In this document: piece after piece, positions 35,571-44,622 of the stretch
Layout of the letters: each line of letters opens with the position of its first letter
Position numbering within the stretch: position 1 is the first letter of the stretch
Virus record (IMG/VR): IMGVR_UViG_3300044259_000063
Coordinates: 1-50,758 of that record
Length of the DNA: 50,758 nt
DNA from: a virus
Lineage: Duplodnaviria; Caudoviricetes
Strand: one strand, 5' to 3'
Notes under the pieces: generated by a model
Database searches by the model: none
What the model was told of the DNA's origin: nothing
What the model saw: only the letters and a program-made list of their open reading frames with translations
Translations under genes and position numbers: made by a program

Positions 35571-35800
35571 GATGGTTCTGCGCATGGCAATCCTTCTCCG
35601 CAGTGCTCGCACGACCAGATGCCGCAACCCGGATTCTCTGGGTCTTCGTGAAAGTTGGCTGGCCACTGGTCACGCGGCAGCACAACAGATTGGCCCATGG
35701 TGGCCCCAGGGATCTTGTAGAAGCAGGTGTGCGGCGCCACGCCATAGACCGGCAGCAGGGGCTCACCGGTGTCTGGGTCTGTGCAAGCGGGGCAGGTCAT
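35567..35800 (-). CDS. Cys-rich hypothetical protein
   Basis: CPAC...CEHC; AAGGAG RBS. Confidence 0.65.
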   Translation of the reverse strand: MTCPACTDPDTGEPLLPVYGVAPHTCFYKIPGATMGQSVVLPRDQWPANFHEDPENPGCGIWSCEHCGEGLPCAEPS

Positions 35801-36330
35801 GTGGTGCTCCTTGCGGCCTTCTTCACGACCACGGCCTGGCCTTTGTCTCCGATTTGAAGCACAAGAGACGATGACACATCAGACTCCTGGTATCGAACAC
35901 GCCACATTGAGGAATCAATCCTTGAGGGATCAAAAAATACAACCCCTTCGGAGCCATCGGCTGGATGGCGAATGGTGTCGCCTGCATGGATCGGATTCCC
36001 TGCGAAGTCAGGCCAGGGCGCAAGCAATGCCTCCTGATCTGTAGTGCGGGTGGGCGCAATGCCCCTTGCAGCGTCGATGGCGGCGTCGCAAATTTGATTC
36101 CGTTTGCTTTGATCGCAAGGATGACAAGCACCAAAGGTCGAATCAAAAGCCCCCAGATCGCGCAGAAATCTGTACCGCTCTGCATCCTCCCTGTCCTTCG
36201 CAGCCTCTGCCAGCACTGCGGCTTCAATGGCTCGGTATTCGTCCATGCTTCCCTCGACCAGCATTTCGAGCGCGGTTTCATCTCGGCACAGCGGGCGTAG
36301 GGCCTCGCGGATCTCGTCTTCACTGAGCAT
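35797..36330 (-). CDS. Mosaic hypothetical protein
   Basis: DAERYRFLRD and DAAIDAA modules; C-terminal PDFAGNPIHAGD (YopX-like tail). Confidence 0.7.
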   Translation of the reverse strand: MLSEDEIREALRPLCRDETALEMLVEGSMDEYRAIEAAVLAEAAKDREDAERYRFLRDLGAFDSTFGACHPCDQSKRNQICDAAIDAARGIAPTRTTDQEALLAPWPDFAGNPIHAGDTIRHPADGSEGVVFFDPSRIDSSMWRVRYQESDVSSSLVLQIGDKGQAVVVKKAARSTT

Positions 36331-36553
36331 CTTGGTTCTCCCCTGGAAATCGGTTGTTTCTGATGTGCTTCAGAGCCTGTAAAATCAGGCCCATCCCGTA
36401 CCATTTTTTGAGCAATTCACAGATTGCCCAATATGTCCATCTGTTCAGCCAGATCAATGTCCAAACAAACATGGCGATGGAAGCCACGGCAGACAAGCCG
36501 AATCCCAGGTAAAACATGAATTGGGCAATCTGCATGAGTGCTTCTTGGTTCAT
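36320..36553 (-). CDS. Small membrane protein
   Basis: Hydrophobic helix; AAGGAG RBS. Confidence 0.55.
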   Translation of the reverse strand: MNQEALMQIAQFMFYLGFGLSAVASIAMFVWTLIWLNRWTYWAICELLKKWYGMGLILQALKHIRNNRFPGENQDAQ

Positions 36554-36867
36554 CTTTGCATCTCCTTGATCTTTGCCCGGATGGCTGCGGCACATTTCCG
36601 AATTGCGGCTGCCTCGTATTGCGTGACGGCATCAATCAGTGCTGCTGGGGTACACAGCTTTGCGCATTCCTCCAGCTCCGCTGCCACGATCTCTCGGACC
36701 TGGGAGGTGGTGTAGAGGGGCTCCGTGAATGATCGTGCTGTTGATGAGTGCATGCTGCTGTGCACAGTCTCAAAAGTGGCGACTCTGTAATTGGGCTGAC
36801 CGTAGCCGCCCGATGCTCCGTCATCACGGTAGGCCACCGGCTCGGGCCATTTTGTAGAGTTGGTCAT
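36550..36867 (-). CDS. Hypothetical protein
   Basis: EPVAY...PLYT and CAAAIRA phage modules. Confidence 0.7.
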   Translation of the reverse strand: MTNSTKWPEPVAYRDDGASGGYGQPNYRVATFETVHSSMHSSTARSFTEPLYTTSQVREIVAAELEECAKLCTPAALIDAVTQYEAAAIRKCAAAIRAKIKEMQR

Positions 36868-37127
36868 TTCTTCTCCTTGGCGACTTTGACCGGAACGGCA
36901 GCCAGAAGACTCCTGTGCATGGCTTCGCCTGCTGCAAACAATGCATCAAGGGCCGGTGTTCGCTCTTCCGGCTGAATGCACTCCGCCCGGTGCTTGGCTG
37001 TCGAGTAGTCCACGATGTGAACCCATGTCGGCGAATTGCTCCAGCCTGGGCCATGGCATCGCTCAGGCACCACGGCAACAACCTTCTCATGGGGGTTGAG
37101 GGTGATCGTCAGGGGTTTGGTCATCAC
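36864..37127 (-). CDS. Hypothetical protein
   Basis: Coupled 87-aa ORF. Confidence 0.65.
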   Translation of the reverse strand: MMTKPLTITLNPHEKVVAVVPERCHGPGWSNSPTWVHIVDYSTAKHRAECIQPEERTPALDALFAAGEAMHRSLLAAVPVKVAKEKK

Positions 37128-37891
37128 GCACCGCCTTTCTGTGCTGCCTCGGGCTGCGGGGCGGCTTCTGGCAGCGGCGAGTATTTCGGCTTGGCCGCTT
37201 GCTTGGCGCGGATCTTCTTGACCATCTCTGGAGCGTTGATTCGCGTCAGCTCGGTCTCACCGTTTGCGTGCATGTCCAGGCCGTTGGCCAGGCAGAGCGC
37301 GGCCAGAGTGACCATCACGCCTCCGACTTCCTGTGCTGGTTCTCCAACGGGGCGCCCGAAAACGTAGTCGACGAGCTGGTGTGCTTCTCCGGCGGTGCAG
37401 CCGCAGGCCTGCACCAGCTCCAGGGCTTCCTCAAGGAACCGGTGATTCCGTTCCTCGCGGTCGCCTGCGATCATCTCGCCAAAGCACTCCATGAGCCATG
37501 GTTGCACTCGGGTTTGGAATGGTGCCACCTGCTCGGGCTGCGGGGCGGCGGCATAGAGCGGCTGCATTTCATAGATTGCAGTCTCATCGTAGTTGCTTGC
37601 TGGGTCTGTCTTTGCCTGCGCATATTTCAGGGTGCATGGCTCCCAGTCCGTCCAATCTCTGTAGTGGTCTTTCCCATCAAAAGCCAATCGCGCCGGAGTC
37701 TGCACAGTTTTATACCGAAGCAGGGCAGCTACCGGCTCCTGCGGCTTGCTCAGCGCCTCCACCTGGGCGCGCAGCCCTTCAATCTCTCCGTGCTGGCGGC
37801 GGAGTTCGGCGGCAGTCTCGTGGTCTTGGTAGTTACGTCCAGTTTGTTCAAGGTATTTGGCCAGTTCCAGGGCTTTGGGCGTGGTGCTCAT
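37124..37891 (-). CDS. Protein with C-terminal MazG-like (all-alpha NTP pyrophosphatase) domain
   Basis: ERNHRFLEEALELVQA...VFGRPVGEPAQEVGGVMVTLAALC. Confidence 0.65.
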   Translation of the reverse strand: MSTTPKALELAKYLEQTGRNYQDHETAAELRRQHGEIEGLRAQVEALSKPQEPVAALLRYKTVQTPARLAFDGKDHYRDWTDWEPCTLKYAQAKTDPASNYDETAIYEMQPLYAAAPQPEQVAPFQTRVQPWLMECFGEMIAGDREERNHRFLEEALELVQACGCTAGEAHQLVDYVFGRPVGEPAQEVGGVMVTLAALCLANGLDMHANGETELTRINAPEMVKKIRAKQAAKPKYSPLPEAAPQPEAAQKGGA

Positions 37892-37892
37892 G

Positions 37893-38111
37893 TCAATACT
37901 CCACTTTCTCAATCGTGAATTCATGCCCGCAGTGTTCGCAGATGACTTCCCAGCCACTCAGCTTGTCCCAAGCATTGGTGAAGATGTGCCTGCTGATATC
38001 GTGCTCACTATCGTGCTCGCCGCTTGCCAAGTCGTTTCCCTCGTCGCATGCAGGACAGTCAACACGCAGGCTCCAATCCAGCAGGGCGGTTGGCCGTTGT
38101 TCTTGGGTCAT
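37893..38111 (-). CDS. Small Zn-ribbon protein
   Basis: CPAC...CEHC. Confidence 0.7.
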   Translation of the reverse strand: MTQEQRPTALLDWSLRVDCPACDEGNDLASGEHDSEHDISRHIFTNAWDKLSGWEVICEHCGHEFTIEKVEY

Positions 38112-38500
38112 GTGGCCTCCTTCATGCTCGGGGGAGGTGGGAGAGGGCGCCAGTGGGTCAGGCCGAACAACTGCACAAATTCAATGCCGTACGCCATTTC
38201 TTCCGCAATAACCCACGCGCGGTCAGAAAGATTCGCGTATGTCGGGATGCCCCAAAACACATCGGTCCAACGCACATCGCCGTCCCAAGCGTCAAACTTG
38301 GTGCCGTCCTTTGGTGCGGAATTGATGTCTTCCCACTGCTCTGCCAGGGCCTCAGCCTTGGCGAGCTCGATCAGCTTGGAAATTGCTTTCAGTGTTTGGC
38401 TCCCATGCGTCAGCGTGTTAAGGCGACCGGTCAAACCGCGATGCTCGTTAAATTCAATCCCCGCCTCTCTTGCCAGTCGGATCACTTCATTGGTAGTCAT
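38108..38500 (-). CDS. DUF551-like protein
   Basis: WEDINSAPKDGT...THWRPLPPPP. Confidence 0.75.
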   Translation of the reverse strand: MTTNEVIRLAREAGIEFNEHRGLTGRLNTLTHGSQTLKAISKLIELAKAEALAEQWEDINSAPKDGTKFDAWDGDVRWTDVFWGIPTYANLSDRAWVIAEEMAYGIEFVQLFGLTHWRPLPPPPSMKEAT

Positions 38501-38841
38501 GCCCCAGCCCTCCGCAACTCCCCCGCACCCGCCCTGATCTGCCACACCGGAGGCACATACACCCCGGCCATCTTGTTGATCTGCGGTCCCCGGGCAATCG
38601 TCGGGATCACCACAGGGCTATCCGATGCGATCGACCAGCGTGTCTCGCCCTTGACCTTCTCGGATGTGAGGATGCCCAGCGCGCGAAGGTTGCACAGGTA
38701 CTTGCCGGCGTGGTGCAGCGAGTAGCCGGTAAGCCTCGCGGCCTGCTCGCGCGTGACTGGGTGGCCGTATTCCTTGAGGATCGAGATGAACCGCGCTTCT
38801 GATTCCTTGCGGCTGGGCAAGTTGTTCTTGATGAGTTGCAT
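38497..38841 (-). CDS. Putative winged-HTH protein
   Basis: VTREQAARLTGYSLHHAGKYLCNLRALG. Confidence 0.6.
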   Translation of the reverse strand: MQLIKNNLPSRKESEARFISILKEYGHPVTREQAARLTGYSLHHAGKYLCNLRALGILTSEKVKGETRWSIASDSPVVIPTIARGPQINKMAGVYVPPVWQIRAGAGELRRAGA

Positions 38842-38853
38842 GGTGTTCAGGCG

Positions 38854-38876
38854 AAAAAAAGCCCTCCGTAGAGGGC
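38854..38876 (-). terminator. Intrinsic terminator
   Basis: GCCCTC-TACG-GAGGGC with U7 on - strand. Confidence 0.7.
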
Positions 38877-38897
38877 CGGTTGATGGGGTGGGGCGGG

Positions 38898-41800
38898 TCA
38901 GGCCGCTTCGAGCGCATCGAACAGGGATGGCATGGACACCTGGCGCTCGGCTGATTTGAGGTAGTGCACCTGGTCCATGAAATAGGCCGCGTTCAGCTCG
39001 CTGCCGCCGCCCCGGCGCCCCTTCAGGATGGCCCGGTAGGGCACGGTGCCCAGGCCGCAGAATGGGTCGTAGACCAGCTCGCCCGGGTTGCTGTAGCGCT
39101 CGATCAGCCGGTCCACGATGTCGAACTGCAGGGGGCAGTTCTTGACGATGCAGCCTTCGGCCGTGAAGCTCTCGTCTTCCTCGACGCGCAGACACCAGAC
39201 CTCTGCCTCTCCGGCATCCTCCAGGGATCGGACCTTCTTCCATGCACCGTCATCAAGGATGAATGGTTTTTTCCGGCCGTCCGTTGTGGTATCGAAAGAG
39301 ACTACCCACTCTTGCCGGCATTTGACCGGCCGCCCCTGAATGACATCGTCTCGCTCCGGCTTCCCTGCGTGGATGCCAGCCACCGCTCCGAAGACGCGCT
39401 GCGCAAGCATTGCGATGCCAAGCGCCAGAGTGCGGCTAACGGTGGTTGCGGTCCAACGATTCCGGTCAGCATGGAAGTGACCATCACCCGACAGATAGCC
39501 CATCAAAAGCGATCGAGCCTGTTCTTTTGGCATCGTTGCCGCGAAAGCCGGCAAATGCTTTCCAGCGGCTCCCGCACCACACAGCGCAAGGACCTCGCGG
39601 ATTTCGCCGCTACGGTCGTTGATGTGAACCTGATGAGCAGTCCCAGTGTCTCTCCATGCACCAGCATGCTGGCCGAGCATGGAGGCAAGATGCTCAACCT
39701 CGTGTGCGCCGCAAGAAATAGACGCGCCTCCACGAGCTTCCCAATGGCCGTCCGCCAACCATCGCCCGACGATCCACCACATATGGTGATCATCGCTGAT
39801 GGCTTCGGTGTCCGGCAGTTTGAGATTGACATATCCGCCCAGCGTGTGCTGCGCTTCAATCCATGCAGGCTCAGCCCGCTCGGCTCCGTCGCGCTCCCGA
39901 ACCCAGTCGGTCGTACGCGCCCACAGCTTGTGGTCTGGCGTGACCTGCAGCCCCGGCACACCCTGCGCACGCACAAGGATCGTTGGTCGAACGCCGGTGT
40001 TTCGAGCCACCAGCACACGACGCCAACGGCCGCGATGCGTCAAGGTATGTTCGCCCGGCTGTACCGTCTCAATCGGCACATAGCCACGCTCACGGGTGAG
40101 CACCAAGCTGCCGCGCGCCAGGCACACATGCTTCTCGACGGCGCGCCGGCTCTGCTCGCTGTTCAGCGTCAGCATGCGGGTCACGTCATGCCAGACATCC
40201 GGGTGATGGCTGCCGGGCGCTAGGCTCATGAAGGTTGACGGCAGAGCACCGCGGGCCTCCAGTTCCTCGCCGATCTTGATGTGGAACTCGTAGTCGTAGA
40301 CGTTCTGCAGGCTGTACTGGGTGAACATGCTGGCCAGCTTGTCGGGGCCCAGGGCGGCCAGTTCCTCGGCCGTGATCTGCCGGTTTCCGCTGGAGCGCCA
40401 GAAGGCATGCGCATCGACCTGCCAGTGGGCCCGGGTGTATTCCTCTTTCGATTTCTTGACCGGCACATCGGCGTAGCCCTTCGAGCGGTCGGTCTGAGGC
40501 TTGCGGAACAGCACCACGTATTCGGGTGAGCCCACGCCCATCTTGGTGCCGTCCTTGCATTGCTCTGACCAGCCCAGGCGGTAGGTCTGGTTGTTCTCCC
40601 GCACCACGTCGGTGATGACGGTGATCAGGCCCATGTAGTCGAGGCCGTGCTTGCGGCCGTGCATGATGGCCTCGCAGTGGAAAGGGCTCACGGTCGGCGC
40701 GCCGGCGCCGGTCACATTGCCGAACAGGATCCGGTCCTTGACGTGGCAGGCGTAGATCCGGCCAGGCTTCAGGATGCGCAGCAGCTCGGGCGTGAGGAAG
40801 TCCATCTGCCCCCAGAAGTGATCGTTGTCCTCGGTGTGGCCGAAGTCGTTGTAGCTGGGGCTGTATTCGTAGTGGTTCGCGAACGGGATGGACGTCACGA
40901 TCAGATCCACATGGTTCTCGGGCTGCAGCTTGGCCTCTTCCACGCAGTCGTTGTTGGCAACAGTGAACAGGTCGCCCTTCACCTCGATGCGCTGCACACC
41001 AATGGACCTGGCCAGCGTCTCCTGCATGGCCAGCTGGTTCAGGCCGTATTTCTTGATGATCTCGGTCATGTTCTTCACCATCTCTTCGTGTTGGGCCCAC
41101 TTCTGCTGCAGGGTGCGCAGCACCTCGCGCTCGGCTTCGCTGTAGACGATGTCGATGCGCACGCGGTGTTTCTGCTGAAAGCGCTGCACGCGGTGGACGG
41201 CTTGAATGAAGTCGTTGAATTTGAACCCGATGCCGGCAAAGATCTCGCGATGGCAATGGCGTTGGAAGTTGCAGCCGGATCCGGCGATTACTGGCTTTGT
41301 GGAAAGCAGCCGATGCTTGCCGTCGCCGAAGTCCACGATGCGCTGTTCGCGCACATCGAGCTCCTGGCTGCCCCAGACGCTCACGGCGTCGGGCAGCGCA
41401 TCCTGGATGGCATGGCGCTCCTGTTCCAGGTCGTGCCAGATCACGAAATGGTCAGCAGGTGCAGCATTGATCAGTTCGGATACCTTGGCCACCCGGGCCG
41501 GCAGGCTGTCACGCTTCTCCGCGGCGGCTGCACTCAGGCCGAGGGCCGGATCCTGGAACATCAGCGCCTGGCCATCCCGGTCGGCGCCGGCCTTGGCATA
41601 GTCGGTGGGCACCTCGTGGTAGACCACATCCATCTCCGGGAGGTCGTAGCCATCATCGCTGTAGCCCAGGTCGCTAGGGAACTGGATGAAGACGGCCCAG
41701 CTGGAAACCCAGAGCCAGAATTCCTGCTCCTTGTGGGGGTACAGGGTCAGATTTCCCGCCTTCTCGCTGTCGCGCTGGAAGAACCGCGTCAGGGCCTGCC

Positions 41801-42380
41801 CGGTATCCATCACCCCCAGGAAGCCGGCGTAGTGGATCAGTTCCTTGAACCGGTTGGGGCTCGGCGTGGCAGTGTTGACCAGCTTGAAGAGAACGCCCTC
41901 GAAGAGCGGCAGGAACTCCTGATAGGTCTTGCTGCCAAAGCTGCGCAGCACGCTGGCCTCATCCAGACTGACGGCCGTGAACTGCTTGGGGTCCAGCTTG
42001 CCGTCGCGGATCGTCTCGTAGTTCGTGATGTAGAAGGCCTGGCCCTCCACGATTTCGGCCGCGCTGCGGATGAAGACCAGCTTCAGCCCGAGCATGGCGG
42101 CATCCCTGATCAGCTCCTGGCGCACGCCCAACGGGCACACGATCAGGCCCAGGCCGCCGGCCATTCCGATGATCTGGCGCAGCCATTCGCACTGCATGAT
42201 GGACTTGCCCAAGCCGAACTTCGCGAAGATCGCCCGGTTGCCGCCCAGTACCGCCCAGCGCACGATGTCGTTCTGGTGGGGGTAGAGAATCGGGTGCACG
42301 GCTTCGGCCTTGAGTTCGAAGCCCTTGAAGTTGGCCATCTTGATCTTCTGGCGCAGAAAGTCGGTGTAGTTCGTGGTCAT
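38898..42380 (-). CDS. SNF2-like helicase / N4-N6 DNA methyltransferase fusion containing an intein
   Basis: AKFGLGKS, LDEAS, TATP, QAVHRVQRF helicase motifs; IVTSIPF motif IV and DPFCGLGT motif I. Confidence 0.92.
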   Translation of the reverse strand: MTTNYTDFLRQKIKMANFKGFELKAEAVHPILYPHQNDIVRWAVLGGNRAIFAKFGLGKSIMQCEWLRQIIGMAGGLGLIVCPLGVRQELIRDAAMLGLKLVFIRSAAEIVEGQAFYITNYETIRDGKLDPKQFTAVSLDEASVLRSFGSKTYQEFLPLFEGVLFKLVNTATPSPNRFKELIHYAGFLGVMDTGQALTRFFQRDSEKAGNLTLYPHKEQEFWLWVSSWAVFIQFPSDLGYSDDGYDLPEMDVVYHEVPTDYAKAGADRDGQALMFQDPALGLSAAAAEKRDSLPARVAKVSELINAAPADHFVIWHDLEQERHAIQDALPDAVSVWGSQELDVREQRIVDFGDGKHRLLSTKPVIAGSGCNFQRHCHREIFAGIGFKFNDFIQAVHRVQRFQQKHRVRIDIVYSEAEREVLRTLQQKWAQHEEMVKNMTEIIKKYGLNQLAMQETLARSIGVQRIEVKGDLFTVANNDCVEEAKLQPENHVDLIVTSIPFANHYEYSPSYNDFGHTEDNDHFWGQMDFLTPELLRILKPGRIYACHVKDRILFGNVTGAGAPTVSPFHCEAIMHGRKHGLDYMGLITVITDVVRENNQTYRLGWSEQCKDGTKMGVGSPEYVVLFRKPQTDRSKGYADVPVKKSKEEYTRAHWQVDAHAFWRSSGNRQITAEELAALGPDKLASMFTQYSLQNVYDYEFHIKIGEELEARGALPSTFMSLAPGSHHPDVWHDVTRMLTLNSEQSRRAVEKHVCLARGSLVLTRERGYVPIETVQPGEHTLTHRGRWRRVLVARNTGVRPTILVRAQGVPGLQVTPDHKLWARTTDWVRERDGAERAEPAWIEAQHTLGGYVNLKLPDTEAISDDHHMWWIVGRWLADGHWEARGGASISCGAHEVEHLASMLGQHAGAWRDTGTAHQVHINDRSGEIREVLALCGAGAAGKHLPAFAATMPKEQARSLLMGYLSGDGHFHADRNRWTATTVSRTLALGIAMLAQRVFGAVAGIHAGKPERDDVIQGRPVKCRQEWVVSFDTTTDGRKKPFILDDGAWKKVRSLEDAGEAEVWCLRVEEDESFTAEGCIVKNCPLQFDIVDRLIERYSNPGELVYDPFCGLGTVPYRAILKGRRGGGSELNAAYFMDQVHYLKSAERQVSMPSLFDALEAA
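39138..40124 (-). mobile_element. Intein (329 aa) with LAGLIDADG homing endonuclease
   Basis: EKHV|CLARGSLV...VTPDHKLW...GRWLADG...GYLSGDG...VWCLRV...GCIVKN|CPLQ; removal restores EKHVCPLQFD. Confidence 0.92.
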
Positions 42381-42389
42381 GGTGTCCAG

Positions 42390-42418
42390 AAAAGAAAAAG
42401 CCACCGCATCGGGTGGCT
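42390..42418 (-). terminator. Intrinsic terminator
   Basis: AGCCACC/GGTGGCT with U-tract on - strand. Confidence 0.7.
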
Positions 42419-42426
42419 CGGGGTGT

Positions 42427-42558
42427 AGGTGGGGCGGCAGGCTACCTTCCGCATTTGTCACTGCGCTTTCCTCGCCCGGGGAAACCGGAGGTCATCGGGG
42501 CTCGTCCAGCGCCTGATCCTCGTGAGGGCCAGGGCTTCCAGTCATGTGCCGCCCCGTA
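42427..42558 (-). ncRNA. Putative structured RNA, scaffold copy A
   Basis: TACGGGGCGGCA...TGCCGCCCCACCT ends, identical to those of 49447-49562. Confidence 0.5.
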
Positions 42559-42560
42559 TT

Positions 42561-42872
42561 TCAAGCGCTGAGGCGTTCTTTCAGGGCATAGCCCATGAGG
42601 GCCCAAAGTTCGTTTCGCGCGTTCTCGATTGCCACCTGCTCACCGATTTCGGCTCGGTCGTTCTCGGACGAGACGCTGGCCGATGGGCGGCCCGTCACGG
42701 CGTAGCCGCTGCGCGTGGTCAGCACCGCCCAGCGCAGCACCTGCCCGCTGGGGCTGATGTGCTTCACGATTTCGGTGTGCACGATGTTCGACGTCAGGTC
42801 GTTCAGCGACACGCGCGGTGCCGTCAGGCCTTTGGCCTGAATTTCCTTTTCGAGTACGTTGTCTCGGGACAT
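42561..42872 (-). CDS. Phage N4 Gp49 / Sf6 gp66 family protein
   Basis: TAPRVS...GYAVTG.PSASVSSEN...EIGE..A..NA..ELW.LMGYALKE. Confidence 0.88.
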   Translation of the reverse strand: MSRDNVLEKEIQAKGLTAPRVSLNDLTSNIVHTEIVKHISPSGQVLRWAVLTTRSGYAVTGRPSASVSSENDRAEIGEQVAIENARNELWALMGYALKERLSA

Positions 42873-42908
42873 GTGGATCTCCGTGTTTTGGAAAGTGGTT
42901 GACCAATC

Positions 42909-44618
42909 TTAGGCGGCCTCAGCGAACTGGATGGCGTTCAGGTGTTTGACCAGTGCGGCGCGCATCCGGGGCAGCTCGTGCACGTAGTAGAGAAGCGTTG
43001 CGCGCTCCTTTGCGACATGCTCAAAGCCCAGGGCTCGCCACCCGTCTGCACCCAGTTCAACCGGCGAGAACAATGTCTTGATCTCGCCCAGGCTGATCAT
43101 TGGGCGAGACCCCGAAGCCGTGGGTGCCTGGGTGATGGGCACCACGTTGGCGGCCGGGGCCACTGCGAGTACGGGAGGCGCTTCGCCAGCTTCCACAGCC
43201 AGTGTCATGCCAGGCAATGATTCCACCTGGGGAGCGACAGCGACTGCCACTGCAGCGCGCTCTTCTTCATCGGTCTTCCGCTTGGCTGCTGCCGCATCCT
43301 CGTCCGCCTTGCGCTTGTCCTCGGCAGCCTTGAAGTTAGCCACCCGCAGGCTCACCAGGGCGGCGAAGTCGTCGGGCGCCTTGGTGCAGATCGCCTGCAG
43401 GTCGGGGAACAGCAGGGCATGCTCTTCAGGCACAGCCTTCAAGTTGGCCTGGATGCGATCGGCGATGGCGTTGGCCTCGATCTTCAGCCTGGCCAACTCG
43501 GTATCGACAGCGTTCTGCAAAGACTCAATGGTCCGCTTGTTCTTCGTCGCCCCATCGAAGTTTGCGGGGATGGCCGGCATGTAGTCCTTGCCCAGGCGCT
43601 TGTTCAGCGCGGCGACGTGCTCGGTGAACTTGGTCTGGGCATCAGTGCGGATCTGTGCCTTGCGGCTCTTTTCCTCGGCTTCAACGCTGTTCTCCAGGTC
43701 GATGGCCTTGCGTCGGGCCGTCTCTGCGAAGAACTCCAGCTTCTTGATCACTTCGTCCACCGACTCCATCCGGCCCAGGATCGCTGCAGACGCCTGATTG
43801 GCGGCCTTTTCAAGGCCTCGGCAAAACTTGGCATCCTCCTTGGCGTTCGCCCACTGCTGATCAGCCCAGCTTTCGCCATCGGCTGGCCGGACCTGGATGC
43901 TCGCCATGCGCTCAAGGAAAACGGGTTCGAATTTGTCGATGGTGCTTTTCGTCACCTCGCCCTTGGCTTCAACGATCAGTGCCGGAAGCGCCTCGCGAAC
44001 GTGCGGCATCGGCTTGGGATCCGCCGGGGCCTCGGGCACGTAGGCGGCCAGGTCGGCATTGAACTGCTTCCAGCCGGCGATCAGGGCGGCCTGCTTTTCC
44101 GGTGTCGTTTCGTACCAGCAGTGCGCCATGTTCTCCCGGGTGCCGTCGCTGGTCATGAAGAGGCAACGGCGGGCGCCGGTGACCAGCAGCTGCTGATCCA
44201 TCTGGATTGTGTAGTGGGGCGCCAGGGTGCCGGCTCGCACATCGGCGGCCAGGGCTTCATTCCAGAGCTTGTGTTCCCAGATGTCTTCGTCGTCCATCGT
44301 CTGGCCGTCCAGACTGGCCAGCAGGCGCAGGCCCTCGATCTCCAGGGTGGCCGTCACCGGGAACAGATCGGAGCCGATGATCTCTTCGGCGATGGCGCGG
44401 GCGCTGGCCTCAGCGGCATGGCCTCGGTCAAACAGCGTCTGCTGAAAGCCGTCCACCGCCTTGCTGATGCCCGTCTTCTTCTGCTTCAGCAGCTCGGAGC
44501 GCGGGGTGTACTTCGACTGGCCCAGGGCCGCAGGGGCTTCAGAGGCTGTGTCATGCTGGGCGCGCAGGGCGTTCCAGGCCTCGGTGCCTTGTTGTACATC
44601 GTGAATGACTGCGTTCAT
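42909..44618 (-). CDS. YqaJ-like exonuclease with long coiled-coil extension
   Basis: QGTEAWNALR, TASEAPA, GHAAE, LASLDG, WEHK, YTIQMDQQL. Confidence 0.9.
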   Translation of the reverse strand: MNAVIHDVQQGTEAWNALRAQHDTASEAPAALGQSKYTPRSELLKQKKTGISKAVDGFQQTLFDRGHAAEASARAIAEEIIGSDLFPVTATLEIEGLRLLASLDGQTMDDEDIWEHKLWNEALAADVRAGTLAPHYTIQMDQQLLVTGARRCLFMTSDGTRENMAHCWYETTPEKQAALIAGWKQFNADLAAYVPEAPADPKPMPHVREALPALIVEAKGEVTKSTIDKFEPVFLERMASIQVRPADGESWADQQWANAKEDAKFCRGLEKAANQASAAILGRMESVDEVIKKLEFFAETARRKAIDLENSVEAEEKSRKAQIRTDAQTKFTEHVAALNKRLGKDYMPAIPANFDGATKNKRTIESLQNAVDTELARLKIEANAIADRIQANLKAVPEEHALLFPDLQAICTKAPDDFAALVSLRVANFKAAEDKRKADEDAAAAKRKTDEEERAAVAVAVAPQVESLPGMTLAVEAGEAPPVLAVAPAANVVPITQAPTASGSRPMISLGEIKTLFSPVELGADGWRALGFEHVAKERATLLYYVHELPRMRAALVKHLNAIQFAEAA

Positions 44619-44622
44619 GGTC

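Noticed and set aside
40647-42428. 593-aa + strand ORF (and similar ORFs 38964-40223, 43419-44696)
   Set aside because: Antisense shadows of the methylase/helicase and YqaJ genes
42467-42498. Hammerhead-like CCGATGA...GAAA on the - strand
   Set aside because: The core deviates from CUGAUGA and stems I/III with a cleavage triplet could not be formed
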